From: Amoeboaphelidium protococcarum X5
Lineage: Eukaryota; Fungi; Aphelidiomycota
DNA: 64,000 nucleotides
Assembly (NCBI GenBank): GCA_023515725.1
Contig: JALDTO010000206.1
Location: forward strand, 640,189-704,188
Direction: 5' to 3'
Both the position numbers and the translations under genes were made by a program. Numbering within the stretch: position 1 is the first letter of the stretch; the number at the start of each line of letters is the position of its first letter. The notes beneath the pieces were generated by a model that made no database searches, was not told where the DNA came from, and saw nothing but the letters and a program-made list of their open reading frames with translations. This document shows positions 39,064 through 52,139 of this stretch, in pieces.

Positions 39064-41541
39064 TCATACCATCAAGTTCTCATTCTGAACCTCATTGACA
39101 TCAGTTCTGTCCTTGAACAGTGGATTGTCGTGAGCAGAGAACTGAGCAGCGTACAATGGATTTGTTGCAGCGGAGGTAGCATCAGCTCCAAAGATGTAGT
39201 TGATGTCACGAGCAACTGCACGACTACGACGCAGCATGAACAGACCGAAAGCACTAGCAACAGCAGCAGTTGGAGCCAATACCGCCATCATGGAGATGTT
39301 GGATGGGTTGTTGGTGGAAGCTGGAGTACCGTTAGAGCCCTATGGAGCATCGGTAGCAACAACCTTAATAACAGCTGGAGTAGCTGGAGCAACTTCAAAG
39401 TTCTCTGGAGGTGCAGCAACATTTTCGTCTGGAGGCATGATGAACACTGCACCAGCGCCACTCTCAGATCCGGACTCACCAACAGGGTTGTTCAGCTCTT
39501 CCATCAAATCAGGGATGATAAAGTCCTTGAAGTCATTGGTTGGAGTTGCAGTCTCACTCTCAGTAGTAGAAGTGCTAGTTTATTCAACTGCAGTTTCAGT
39601 CTCAGTAGCAGAAGTAGTGGTTGTCTCTTCAGCGCTAGCACTGGAAGTTGTAGAAACTTCTTCGGAGGCAGTTGAGGTGCTAGAAACTTCCTCAGTGGTA
39701 GAAGTGGTAGTTGGAGCGCTAGTACTAGATTCAGAGGTAGAAGTCTCTTCAGCGACGGTAGTAGAAGAAGAGGAGCTTGTAATCTCCTCAGTAGAGCTAG
39801 AGCTAGTAGAAGTAGTAGTCTCAACTGCAGCAGTAGAAGAGCTGGTGGTGACAGGATCAACGGTGCTTGAGCTAGAGGTTACTACAACTTCAGTGGTGGA
39901 GGTAGTCTCAGGTGCAATACTGGTGCTAGTAGAAGTAGAAGTTGGCTATTCAGTACTAGAGCTGGTGCTGGTTGAGATGGAAGTGGAGGTAGACGAACTA
40001 GTCGGAGCAGCAGTGCTAGTGGAGGTGCTTGTAGAGGTGGTGGTTGGCACCACAACTACACTTGAGGACGTGCTAGTGCTAGTGGAGGTTGGAACTACAG
40101 CTACACTTGAGGATGAGCTAGTAGAAGTGCTAGTAGAGGTGCTAGTGGAGGTAGGAGTAGAGGAGGTAGAAGTGCTAGTACTACTAGAGGTTGAAGTAGT
40201 AGTCGTGCTTGTGCTAGTACTAGTAGAGGTGGAGGTGGAAGTAGAGGTGCTGGTACTACTGCTAGTTGAAGAACTTGTGGAGGTGGAGGTAGAAGTGGAG
40301 CGACTAGAGGTAGTGGTGTCAGGCACGAATACACACTTCTGCTGGACATAGCTAGTGGTGGTAACAAACTAGTCAAAGAAAGCATCGATGATAGCCTTGT
40401 TCTTAGCATCAATGAAGGTGTTAATATCAAACACTCTCATGAAGTTACCACTCTTCAGCATACGAGCCTGCAGAGAGTTACCCAAACCCAAAGCATTCAG
40501 AGCAGTCAGAGTCTTCTAGCCATCAAAGTTGGCAAAAGTTTGCTAGTTCTGGCTCTAGAAGTTAGGATGACCAAACTGGTAAGAGACAACGTTAATGTTA
40601 TCAGCATTGCTCAACTTCTTGGTCAGGAAGTAATTGCTAGTGGCAGAAGAGTAGCCACTGATAGGGTACACTTGATTAGTATCGGTAATGAACTGCTCAG
40701 TACCAGCAATCATACTGACCAAACTGTTGACGATAACACCATTATCAGCCAACATCTTTGCAGTCTCAATGATCTCATTCTCGAAACCATCAGTCAGGGT
40801 CAGAGCATTGCCCTTACGATAGTAATTCTGCAGGCCAGACAAGCTATAGTAACCAGCTTTGGTCTTACGATTACCAGAGTGATAGTAGATGTAGTCAGTT
40901 CTTTCGACAGGACCAAAGCCAGGCTCGAATTGAGCAAAAACGTTGTACAACTTGGTCAAGTAACACTTCTTAGCGCCAGAGTCGTACAGCTAGACACAGA
41001 AAGCATCATCAACACCCTGATCCTTTGCATAGTAAGAGGACACGGTAGGCAGGTCAGAGTCCTCATCGGTAGCATGCAAAAACACCTTAGTTGCACCAGC
41101 ACGCCAGTCCAGGATACAGTCAGCAGCAGACACTTTGCTTCCACAAGCCTTGTTCATGTCTCTACCCTTGTTAGTCAGAGCCATACGCATAGCCTCAAAG
41201 GAAGCCTCCTAACCACCCGAAGTACAGTCGATAGCCTCCAGAGTAGAAACCAGCTGACCATGGTTTACGGTGAGAGGCAAACGAATCTCAGGCTTACCTC
41301 CAAAGACAACCAAGGAGTATTGAGCATCAATCTTACTAGATTGAATCTTGTTAGCAAATTTCTTCATACCGTGGATGACACCCTTAATCTTGTCACACAT
41401 GGAGCCAGACGCGTCGACCAAGAAGAGGAAGTCGGCCTTCTGCATCTCGACAGTCTCAGTGACAGTCTCATCCTTGCACACGTAACCAGCACTAATAGTC
41501 TGAGCAATTAATAAAGCGGCTAAGCTCGTTAGCAATTTCAT
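39064..41541 (-). CDS. Integrin-beta/SibA-like surface receptor A: signal peptide, vWA, Ser/Thr stalk, TM, double NPxY/F tail, 825 aa
   Basis: MKLLTSLAALLIAQTISA; DFLFLVDASGSM (MIDAS); DWRAGATKVFLHATDED; S/T/E stalk; TM ISMMAVLAPTAAVASAFGLFML-RRSR; NPLYAAQFSAHDNPLF. Confidence 0.85.
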
Positions 41542-42389
41542 TATTAATGTTACGTTTGTTATTAGTTGTTGGGAAGATTGTGATAGAAGGGAGGAGGAGA
41601 AGCTGTTTGGCGAGTGGTTACGACATTGCTTTCAGCCATATGCTACGTAATCTGGTGCTGATTGGATGCGTTTGGGCTCGCAGATTGGATGCTTATTTAT
41701 TTTTAATGTATTTATATACCTCATGCTTGTTAGGAATATTCTAGAAAGATGAGAGATTGAAGTTTAAGTGAAAGGCATGTACAAAAATAGCCTATCAAGG
41801 ATGTTAGATGGATATCCTTCAAAGTGCGTGGTATTCGGACTTCTACATCGTTTTATAGAGCTTGATCGCTATAACGCTGATGCAGTCACAGCTAAGGTCC
41901 GGCCAAACTGAATCAGTGTTGCTACCTATCTTATCTTGTCCCTATTAGGAAAAATCATGGATTTGAGAGATGAGCGTTATTCAGAGGACCACGCTTTGTG
42001 AGATTTTACTATCGTTCATAGAAGAGTAACGCATTACTCTACTGATTAGCAGATATGATCTTATGCTTCTCCCTTTTCAAAAATATCAGACCTCCGCCTA
42101 CAAAACTGCTGGTTTTACAAAACACGCCCTCAATGAAAGCAATGGCCACATAAACTGGGGGTTGTGGAACTCGCTTAAGGATAATGGCGTTTCCTGGCAC
42201 TGATATGGAAATGGATCATTACGAGCTCTCATGATGAATAGTGACTCTGGCACGTATCTCTCTGTATTATCTCTTATCGATGATGCTGGAGGCTGTAATT
42301 TTGACGTTGTTGGAGAGAGTTATAGCTTGTGAGGCAGAGAGTTAAAACTTGTGAGGCAAGTGAAGTAATCTTTTACTGTACTTTTACTT

Positions 42390-42566
42390 GCAGTCTGTAA
42401 GGTGGAGATTAGCGTTTGTATAACTAAATTAGCGTTTGTATCATTAAATATCCGTGTATGTTGGCAATGTTGGCAGGCAGTCTGTAAGGTGGAGATTAGC
42501 GTTTGTATAACTAAATTAGCGTTTGTATCATTAAATATCCGTGTATGTTGGCAATGTTGGCAGGCA
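42390..42566. repeat. 87-bp tandem duplication (2 copies) with internal sub-repeats
   Basis: Units start at 42390 and 42477; each contains attagcgtttgtat twice and atgttggca twice. Confidence 0.92.
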
Positions 42567-42786
42567 ATTGCAATTGGAAGACTCTTAAACGACGCGTTCA
42601 TACCAAGCCTCCGCCTTCGTACCAATGAGAGCTATGAGACGCTTTCAAAATATCAAAAAATAGACATGGAAGTTTTACATCGCCATTATTTATTCATTAT
42701 TCATCTTTCATTCCCTATTTATCCCTATTTATTCTTCATTTCATTATTCAACATTCAACCCAATTAGAGCTCAGGCCAGAGCTTGA

Positions 42787-45735
42787 TCAAACCATGATGT
42801 TCTCATTTTGAATCTCACTATCATCGGCTCTGCTCTTGAACAGAGGGTTTTCGTGAGCGGAGAACTGAGCAGCGTACAAAGGATTCGTAGCAGCAGATGT
42901 GGAATCACCTCCAAAGATGTAGTTGATGTCACGCGCAACTGCACGACCACGACGCAGCATGAACAGACCGAAAGCAGCAGCAACAGCGGCCGTTGGAGCC
43001 AAGATGCCGATAGTAGCATTGGAAGAGCTATTATTGGAGGAGGTAGACTGATTAGCACCCTATGGAGCATCAGTAGCAACGACCTTAATAACAGCAGGTG
43101 TAGCAGGAGCAACTTCAAAGTTGACTGGAGGAGCAACAGCATCATCCGAAGCAGGCATGATAAAGACTGGCGCAGCACCTTGTTCAGATCCAGACTCACT
43201 AATAGGAGGACTGTTCATCTTCTCAAACAAGTCAGGAATAATAAAGTCACGAATAACAGCCTGAGTAGGAGATGGAGTTTCTTCCTCTTCCTCAGTCTCA
43301 GATGGGAGCTCTTCTTCAGGCTCTGAAGGAGTTTCAGTTTCCTCAACAATTTCAGTGGTAGAGGTAGGAGTCTCTTCCTAAACTTCTTCAGTAGTGGTTG
43401 TAGTTTCCTCAGCAACAGGCTCAGAAGAGGTAGAAGTCTCTTCAACAACCTCGGTACTGGTAGAAGTTTCTTCAGCAATAGGCTCAGCAGATGTAGAAGT
43501 CTCCTCCGCAACCTCAGTGGTAGACGTGGTTTCCTCAGCAGCCTCAGATGTAGTGGTGGTTTCTTCAACAGCAGCAGAGGTAGTGGTCTCTTCAACAGCA
43601 GCAGAGGTAGTAGTCTCCTCAACAACAGGCTCGGACGTAGCAATCACTTCAGACGTGGTGGTAGACTCTTCAGCAACCTCAGATGTGGAACTAGTCTCCT
43701 CAACTGCCTCAGTAGTAGTTGTAGTGATGACTTCCTCAATGGTGCTTGATGATGTTGTAGGCTCAATCACAACCTCTGAGGTAGAGGTAGTTGCCTCGAC
43801 AGAAGACTCAGTAGTGGACGTCTCAGCAGCAGGAGTAGACGAGCTAGTTACTTCCTCAGTAGTAGACGTGGTGGTCTCAGCAGGAGAAGAGCTTGTCACA
43901 GCCTCAGTAGTAAAGGTAGTACTTAGAGTGGATGACTCTGAAGTAAACACAACAGCAGCGCTAGAGGACGAGGTGGTGGTTGGCTCAACAATAACAGTAG
44001 AACTTTCAAGCAGAGCAGAGGATGAGGAAGTACTAGTAGGCTCCACAACGGAGGATGACATAATAGAAGTAGTTGTTGGTTCAACAATGATTGAGGTGCT
44101 AGTAGGCTCAATAGTAGTTGTGGAGGTGCTAGTAGAGGAGCTAGTGCTTGAGCTAGTGGAGGTGGAAGTTGGAGTGGCAGAGCTTGTGCTAGTAGTAGAC
44201 GCAGCGGTGGAGGTGGAGGAGGATGTGATAGGAGCAACAGTGGAGGTAGGACGTGAGGAGGTGGTAGTACTACGAGCAGGTGTGGTGGTAGAGGTGGTAG
44301 TTCTACGAGTAGAAGTAGTAGTGGTGGTAGTAGGTGTGGTAGTAGTAGTTGTTGTGGTGGTGGTAGTGGTAGTTGTTGTAGTTGTTGTAGTAGTAGTCGT
44401 GGTAGTAGTAGTAGTAGTCGTCGTAGTCGTAGTCGTAGTAGTGGTAGGACGAGTAGTGGTGGTAGTACGAGCAGGTGTGGTGGTAGTGGTAGTAGTTCTA
44501 CGAGTAGTGGTGTCAGGGACGAATACACACTTCTACTAAACATAGCTAGTAGTAGTAACAAACTGCTCAAAGAAGGACTCAATGATAGCAGTGTTCTTAC
44601 CATCAATGAAGGTGTTAATGTCAAACACTCTCATAAAGTTACCACTCTTCAGCATACGAGCCTGCAACGAGTTACCCAAACCCAGAGCATTCAGAGCAGT
44701 CAAAGTCTTCTGTCCATCAAAATTGGCAAAAGTCTGCTAGTTCTAACTCTGATAGTTAGGGTGACCAAACTGATAAGCAGCAACGTTAATGTTATCAGCA
44801 TTACTCAATTTCTTAGTCAGGAAGTAATTACTCGTGGCAGAGGAATAGCCGCTGATAGGGAACACCTGATTAGTATCAGCAATCAATTACTCGGTACCAG
44901 CAATCATACTGACCAGACTGTTGACGATAACACCATTATCAGACAACATCTTAGCAGTTTCAATGATCTCATTTTCGAAACCATCAGTCAAAGTCAGAGC
45001 ACTACCAGTGCGGTAATAGTTCTGCAGACCAGACATACTATAATAACCTGCCTTATTCCAAAAATTGCCAGGATAGTAGTAAATGTAGTCAGTCTGCGCA
45101 ACGGGACCAAAGCCAGGCTCGAATTGAGCAAAAATTCCATATAATCTGTCCAAATAGCATTTTTTTGCAGCAACATCATACAACTGAGTACAGAAAGCAT
45201 CATCAACACCCTAATTCTTCGCAAAGTAAGAGGACACAGTAGGCAGGTCAGAGTCCTCATCGGTAGCATGCAAAAACACCTTAGTTGCATCAGCACGCCA
45301 GTCCAGGATACAGTTAGCAGCAGTCACCTTCTTGTCACAAGCCTTGTTCATGTCTCTACCCTTGTTGGTCAGAGCCATACGCATTGCCTCAAAGGAAGCC
45401 TCCTAACCACCAGAAGTACAGTCGATAGCCTCCAGATTAGATACCAGTTAACCATGGTTAGAGGTTAAAGGTACGCGAATCTCGGGCTTACCACCAAAAA
45501 GGACCAGAGAATACTGAGCATCAATCTTGCTAGATTGAATCTTGGATGCAAACTTCTTCATACCCTTGATGACACCATCAATCTTCTCACACATGGAGCC
45601 CGACGCGTCAATCAGGAAGAGGAAGTCAGCCTTCTGCACCTGGTTGGTTTAGGTCACAGTTTCATCAGAGCACACGTAGCCGGCACTAATTGTTTGAGCT
45701 ATTAACAATGCAGCTAAGCTGGTTAGCAATTTCAT
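42787..45735 (-). CDS. Integrin-beta/SibA-like surface receptor B, 982 aa
   Basis: Same architecture; DFLFLIDASGSM; poly-Thr and EETT stalk repeats; NPLYAAQFSAHENPLF. Confidence 0.85.
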
Positions 45736-46049
45736 CTTATTAACAGTAACGTAGTTTAGATACACAGACAGACGGATGAGGAGTTGATAGTAAAAGAGAA
45801 GAGAAGAAGGCAGACTAGACTTTGGCCCAAGTGGACTATATTCGATATGCGCGCCACAATTCAGCTGATTGGACACCTTACGATGATGCGATTCGCTGGC
45901 AATGAAATTCCCAAACTGGTATTTCAGATTTCGCTTACAGTTTCATTTCCTTGGCAACGCGTAATATCAGTAAGGGCTGTACAAAACAAAAAACGAATTT
46001 GTTACCACTGTACTGTGCATATGGAGCTCTTGTGTGCAATTGTATGAGG

Positions 46050-48350
46050 TGAAACCTATTGCCTTACGACCGGAGTGCTAAGAGCAATGACGTAGTTCAA
46101 TGCTCGAAGACCGGGGTCGCTATGGCCTTAGATGATTTTACATCCTTGCTGATCGTTTTGGAAGTTTTTCCGATCTGCGTCTTTTGTAGTGATGAAACAT
46201 TAGTGAAACTAGTGGTTAACAAGTACATATTATTTGACTATACAACCCCTTTTAGCTGTTTTAACACCGACGATTTTGGCTGCCCTTTACTCATGACATA
46301 TGCTTTGGCAATTTAGGCATATTGGCTTCGAGTATCAATTGATTGCAGATTAATAGTAGACTCTAAGGCTAAAGGCAGTCATTAAAAAACAGCAGTAAAC
46401 AATCCTTGTTTGCTCTTGTGGTGCCAGTAGCTGAGCACGTCAACGACCTCTCTATCACGAACGTAACACAAGATAGAATTTCACGATATTAAAGGCGATT
46501 TAACCATATCACGAAATACAAATTTATGTTATTCGCACTTTATATAGTATCAGGTGTGGAGTCATTGGTTGTTTTACCTTTCTTCTTCTTCGTCATTAAA
46601 TATCCATACGATTTTAAAAAAATGCGTCAACAATCAATATTAGATATACTCATCCAATATTCTTGTAATAAGCGCAAACTCTCAGTCTCCTATGACGTTT
46701 CAGTTATTAGTGGTTATTAAAATGTGTCAGCCGTTGACAAGATACATCTTCCTAAAGGTAATTAGAGTTGGTCCATCGGTTTAATTTGGCTTTAGAAGAG
46801 TTTGCAAAGACAATGTTGATAACATGATCTGCTTATAAGTACTTGGATATTCTTAAAGTCGTTTCTGTCATTCTAATCAGAAGAAAGCGTAGCTGGTAGA
46901 GTTTAGCTAAATTTAGTAATACTGTCGGCGCAACTGCTATTTCATCTTAGCGTGACACACGCTGGTCTGCTCGTTGAAGCAACATTGCCAATTTTAGGAG
47001 GATGTTGGCTCGTTTTGCAACATTATGTCTCGACTCCTTGCAAGATGATATCGTGGTCTGCTTTGGTTCTTTCAACTTTATCTGTAATATCAAGTTTCTG
47101 CAACTTCTGAATTATTTGATAGCGTGTTATATAAGTGGATATTGTATACTAAATCTTACACGGCAAGACAACGGAGTCATCTAAAGCCATCACCGCAATT
47201 AAGTGTCATAGACCTTACATTAAAGACTTAATTCTTCGTATTAGCGCTTATGTTGAAGACTTAGAAAATGGTAGCGTCTGAGTAGTTTGCTGAATTGAAA
47301 TTGTTGTTAGAGTAACACTAGAATTAGTTTTTACGTGGTGAAGCCTCTGATCCTCATGCTAAAGACAATTTGATTTATATGACTGTTATATCCACTTGCC
47401 TTGAATTGTTAGAAGAACCGAGATGTTTGATTTCTGACTTAAAATCAGTAGTTGTTGATGGAGATCGCATTTTAATTGATTTTACTTCAGCTAATCTTAT
47501 AGGGCATCAAGTTAGTTGTATCAATGAATAGTTTGAATTAGATGTTACGGAGCTTAAAAGTTAGTGGAGACTTGCGCGTGGCGTTATTAAAGATAAGAGA
47601 ATAGCTAGCAAGGATTCATCCCTGGGAAGAAGTGATCAACTGGGTATAGAATTTGCTCTTAAAAAATTTGCACATGGAAAAGTTGTCTGAATGTGAGAGC
47701 TCTCTCATTATTTACTCATTCCAGTCGCGATGTTGACTATTGGCCTCAGTCTGAAAATTTGTTTGATTAGCTCCTAGCTAATTGCTCTATTCTGCCCTAT
47801 TCTCAAATCCGAGCCATCTGCTTAATTATTCCATTTAAAGCATTGCTCCATATTTGTAATGTTCTTCACTGTATTATAACAATGCCTTAGTCCTAATACT
47901 ATGCAAGCTGTTAAACTCGTAAATCTAATCTTGATATCGACTAGCTGCTTAGGGAAAATTGATCATATATTGCGATTATCTGTGCGTTATAAACGATCTG
48001 GCTTCACTAAAGAACAATTGAAGTAAAATTTCCGATATTAGAATCAAGATAAGGAGTATATTTACATATCGAGATGATGACATTAAATTTGAGCTGTCGC
48101 ACTCTGGAAATAGAACTACGCTGGCTTCAGTTTGATTCTCTTCCCGTCTACAATCAAGCGTTAGTTCCTGCGCTAACTTTGGCTATCTAGTAATTGCAGC
48201 AGTGAATGGTCTTTTTCCATTTTAGCCAATGTGAAGTGTGCATAGAAAAATAAGTATGGCCGTCAACGTAATAGTTATCTGATGTAACTGGTGTATTATG
48301 CTGATGCTGTGAATAAGATTAATTTATATGAATTGAGTTATTTGTCACTG
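46050..48350 (+). mobile_element. Heavily decayed hAT-like transposase remnant
   Basis: Frameshifted fragments ALVVPVAEHVNDLSI (~46410-46460, resembling the hAT CxxH region) and LPVYNQALVPALTLAI/SNCSSEWSFSILANVK...KNKYGRQR (~48140-48270, resembling the hAT dimerisation motif). No convincing TIRs. Confidence 0.5.
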
Positions 48351-49220
48351 TAAACGAGAAGAGTGGATTCAATGTGACAGACAAATCTGTATGGAAATGA
48401 GTAAATTTTGGTAAATCCCTACTACTGTATCTAAGCAAAGTCATCCTTCTTTTACTGCCCAGATTATTTGACCCGGACCAGATACGAGGCAGGTACTTAA
48501 ACGCTCCATCCCTGCTCTTCACGCTTACATTAGATGAGGTTATCAAAACCAAAAATTAAAAGTGTTCTGCTTTAAGTGCGGTATCAATTAGTTATTCACA
48601 ATTCCGTATGTCCATACACAAATGGCGTTTCTGAACGTGGTAATCGTTTAGGAAGTATTATGAGCGCGTTTCACAGCCAGCGGGCTTAAGCTCTCTAGTA
48701 TGCTGTCGTCACCAAGAATTCGTACTCGACCAGCTCAGCTTTTAATTCGTTCTTTCACAAATGTCTATCGTCTCTGTTATGTCTCCCTGCGTCATATTAT
48801 CATTCCGACATCCTAGAAAGATGTCGATCGAATGGTCTTGCACTAATAGCACATTGTTCTCCGCGCAGTACTGCATCTGCAGACAAAAGTAAGTTCAATT
48901 GATTCAACACAAACTTTATCATGCAAATATCGCATTTCATTACGCGATAACCCGTCGTCACGTACCAGAGGAAAAATACTAATTCTGGGCAGGCCCTCAC
49001 ACGTTTGATGACGAGAGCGCTAGCGCACTCGACAACCATCGTAAGCGAGCCTAAGTTCTAAATGGTAAGAGGTAAGATGGTAGAAACAATTAGCAAAGTA
49101 AAATGTACTCAGCCTAAATGTCCGTTTCATTCATTCATTCATTACTCATCTTTCATTCCATATTATTCTTCAATTCATTATTCAACATTCATCCCAATTG
49201 AAGCTCAGGCCAGAGCTTGA

Positions 49221-52139
49221 TCAAACCATGATGTTCTCATTTTGAATCTCACTGTCATCAGCTCTGCTCTTGAACAGAGGGTTTTCGTGAGAAGAGAACT
49301 GAGCAGCATACAATGGGTTCGTAGCAGCAGATGTGGAATCACCTCCAAAGATGTAGTTGATGTCACGAGCAACTGCACGACCACGACGCAGCATGAACAG
49401 ACCGAAAGCAGCAGCAGCAGCAGCTGTTGGAGCCAAGATTCCGATAGTAGCGTTGGAAGAGCTATTATTAGAGGAAGTAGACTGATTGGCACCCTATGGA
49501 GCATCAGTAGCAACGACCTTAATAACAGCTGGTGTAGCAGGAGCAACTTCAAAGTTCACTGGAGGAGCAACAACATCATCAGAAGAAGGCATAATAAAGA
49601 CTGGCGCAGCACCTTGTTCAGATCCAGACTCACTAATAGGAGGGCTGTTCAGTTTCTCAAACAAGCCAGGGATGATAAAGTCACGAATAACCGCCTGAGT
49701 AGGAGATGGAGTTTCTTCCTCTTCCTCAGTCTCAGATGGGAGCTCTTCTTCAGGCTCTGAAGGAGTTTCAGTTTCCTCAACAATTTCAGTAGTAGATGTA
49801 GAAGTCTCTTCCTAAACTTCTTCAGTGGTGGTTGTAGTTTCCTCAGCAACAGGCTCAGAAGAGGTAGAAGTCTCTTCAACAACCTCGGTACTGGTAGAAG
49901 TTTCTTCAGCAACAGGCTCAGCAGATGTAGAAGTCTCCTCCGCAACCTCAGTGGTAGAAGTGGTTTCTTCAGCAGCAGCAGATGTAGTAGTCTCCTCAGC
50001 AACAGACTCAGAAGAGGTAGTAGTTTCCTCAACAACAGGCTCAGAGGTGGCAATCGCTTCAGACGTGGTAGTAGACTCTTCAACAACCTCGGATGTGGAA
50101 CTAGTCTCCTCAACTGCCTCAGTAGTAGTTGTGGTGATGACTTCTTCAATGGTGCTTGATGACGTTGTAGGCTCAATCACGACCTCTGAGGTAGAGGTAG
50201 TTGCCTCAACAGAAGACTCGGTAGTTGACGTCTCAGCAGCAGGAGTAGAGGAGCTAGTTACTTCCTCAGTACTAAACGTGGTAGTCTCAGCAGGAGTAGA
50301 GCTTGTCACAGCTTCAGTAGTAGAGGTAGTACTTTCCGTGGTTGACTCTGAAGTAGACGTAACAGCAGCGCTAGAGGAAGAGGTGGTGGTTGGCTCGACA
50401 ATTACAACAGAGGAAGTAGAAGTTTCAACTACAGCAGAGAATGAGCTAGTACTAGTAGGTTCCACAATGGAGGATGACATAATAGAAGTAGTTGTTGGTT
50501 CAACAATGATTGAGGTGGTTGTTGGCTCAACAGTAGCAATAGAGGAGCTAGTGGTTGAGCTAGTGCTAGTGGAGGTGGAAGTTGGAGCGGCAGAGCTTGT
50601 GCTAGTAGTAGACGCAGCGGTGGAGGTGGAGGAGGATGTGATAGGAGCAACGGTGGAGGTAGGACGAGTAGTGGTAGTACTACGAGCAGGTGTGGTAGTG
50701 GTGGTAGTAGTTCTACGAGTAGAAGTAGTAGTCGTGGTAGTAGGAGTGGTAGTGGTAGTAGTAGTGGTGGTGGTAGTGGTGGTGGTAGTTGTAGTAGTCG
50801 TGGTAGTTGTAGTAGTAGTAGTAGTAGTGGTAGTAGTAGTAGTAGTGGTAGGACGAGTAGTGGTGGTAGTACGAGCAGGTGTGGTGGTAGTGGTGGTAGT
50901 TTTACGAGTAGTAGTATCAGGGACGAATACACACTTCTACTAAACATAGCTAGTAGTAGTCACAAACTGCTCAAAGAAGGACTCAATGATCGCAGTGTTC
51001 TTTCCGCCAATGAAGGTGTTAATGTCAAACACTCTCATAAAGTTACCACTCTTCAGCATACGAGCCTGCAAAGAGTTACCCAGTCCCAAAGCATTCAGAG
51101 CAGTCAAAGTCTTCTGGCCATCAAAGTTGGCAAAAGTCTGCTAGTTCTAACTCTGATAGTTAGGGTGGCCAAACTGATAAGCAGCAACATTAATGTTATC
51201 AGCATTATTCAATTTTTAAGTCAAGAAGTAATTGCTCGTGGCAGAGGAATAGCCGCTGATAGGGAACACCTGATTAGTATCAGCAATCAATTACTCGGTA
51301 CCAGCAATCATACTGACCAGACTGTTGACGATAACACCATTATCAGACAACATCTTAGCAGTCTCAATGATCTCATTCTCGAAACCATCAGTCAAAGTCA
51401 GAGCACTACCAGTGCGGTAATAGTTCTGCAGACCAGACAAACTGTAGTAACCTGCCTTGTTCCTTCTATCACCAGGATAGTAATAAATGTAGTCAGTCTT
51501 AGCAACAGGACCAAAGCCAGGTTCAAATTGAGCAAAAATGTCATACAGACTGGTCAGATAGCATTTTTTAGCAGCAACATCGTACATCTGAGTACAGAAA
51601 GCATCTTCAACACCCTAATTCTTCGCGAAGTAAGAGGAAACGGTAGGCAGGTCAGAGTCTTCATCAGTAGCATGCAAAAACACCTTAGTTGCATCAGCAC
51701 GCCAGTCCAGGATACAGTCAGCAGCAGACACCTTCTTGTCACAAGCCTTGTTCATGTCTCTACCCTTGTTAGTCAGAGCCATACGCATAGCCTCAAAAGA
51801 AGCCTCCTAACCACCAGAAGTACAGTCGATAGCCTCCAGATTAGATACCAGTTAACCATGGTTAGAGGTTAAAGGTACGCGAATCTCGGGCTTACCACCA
51901 AAAAGGACCAGAGAATACTGAGCATCAATCTTGCTAGATTGAATCTTGGATGCAAACTTCTTCATACCCTTGATGACACCATCAATCTTCTCACACATGG
52001 AGCCGGACGCGTCAATCAGGAAGAGGAAGTCAGCCTTCTGCACCTGGTTGGTTTAGGTCACAGTTTCATCGGAGCACACGTAGCCGGCACTAATTGTTTG
52101 AGCTATTAACAATGCAGCTAAGCTGGTTAGCAATTTCAT
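49221..52139 (-). CDS. Integrin-beta/SibA-like surface receptor C (recent duplicate of B), 972 aa
   Basis: Same architecture; NPLYAAQFSSHENPLF; flanks match those of B. Confidence 0.85.

Noticed and set aside
42390-42566. Possible CRISPR-like array
   Set aside because: Two contiguous units with no unique spacers, no cas genes, eukaryotic context
45968-49000. Candidate hAT TIRs (AGGGCTGTACAAAA near 45974 vs reverse complement AGGGCCTGCCCAGAA near 48998)
   Set aside because: Match too weak and no 8-bp TSD identified
39200-50943. Long Val-rich plus-strand ORFs (39200-40351, 43394-44539, 49825-50943) and Leu-rich alternative frames
   Set aside because: They are antisense or off-frame shadows of the Thr/Ser-rich stalks of the minus-strand receptors
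39064-52139. Calling the receptors true integrin beta subunits
   Set aside because: No PSI, hybrid or Cys-rich I-EGF domains and no alpha subunit in the window; only the vWA and tail resemble integrin beta
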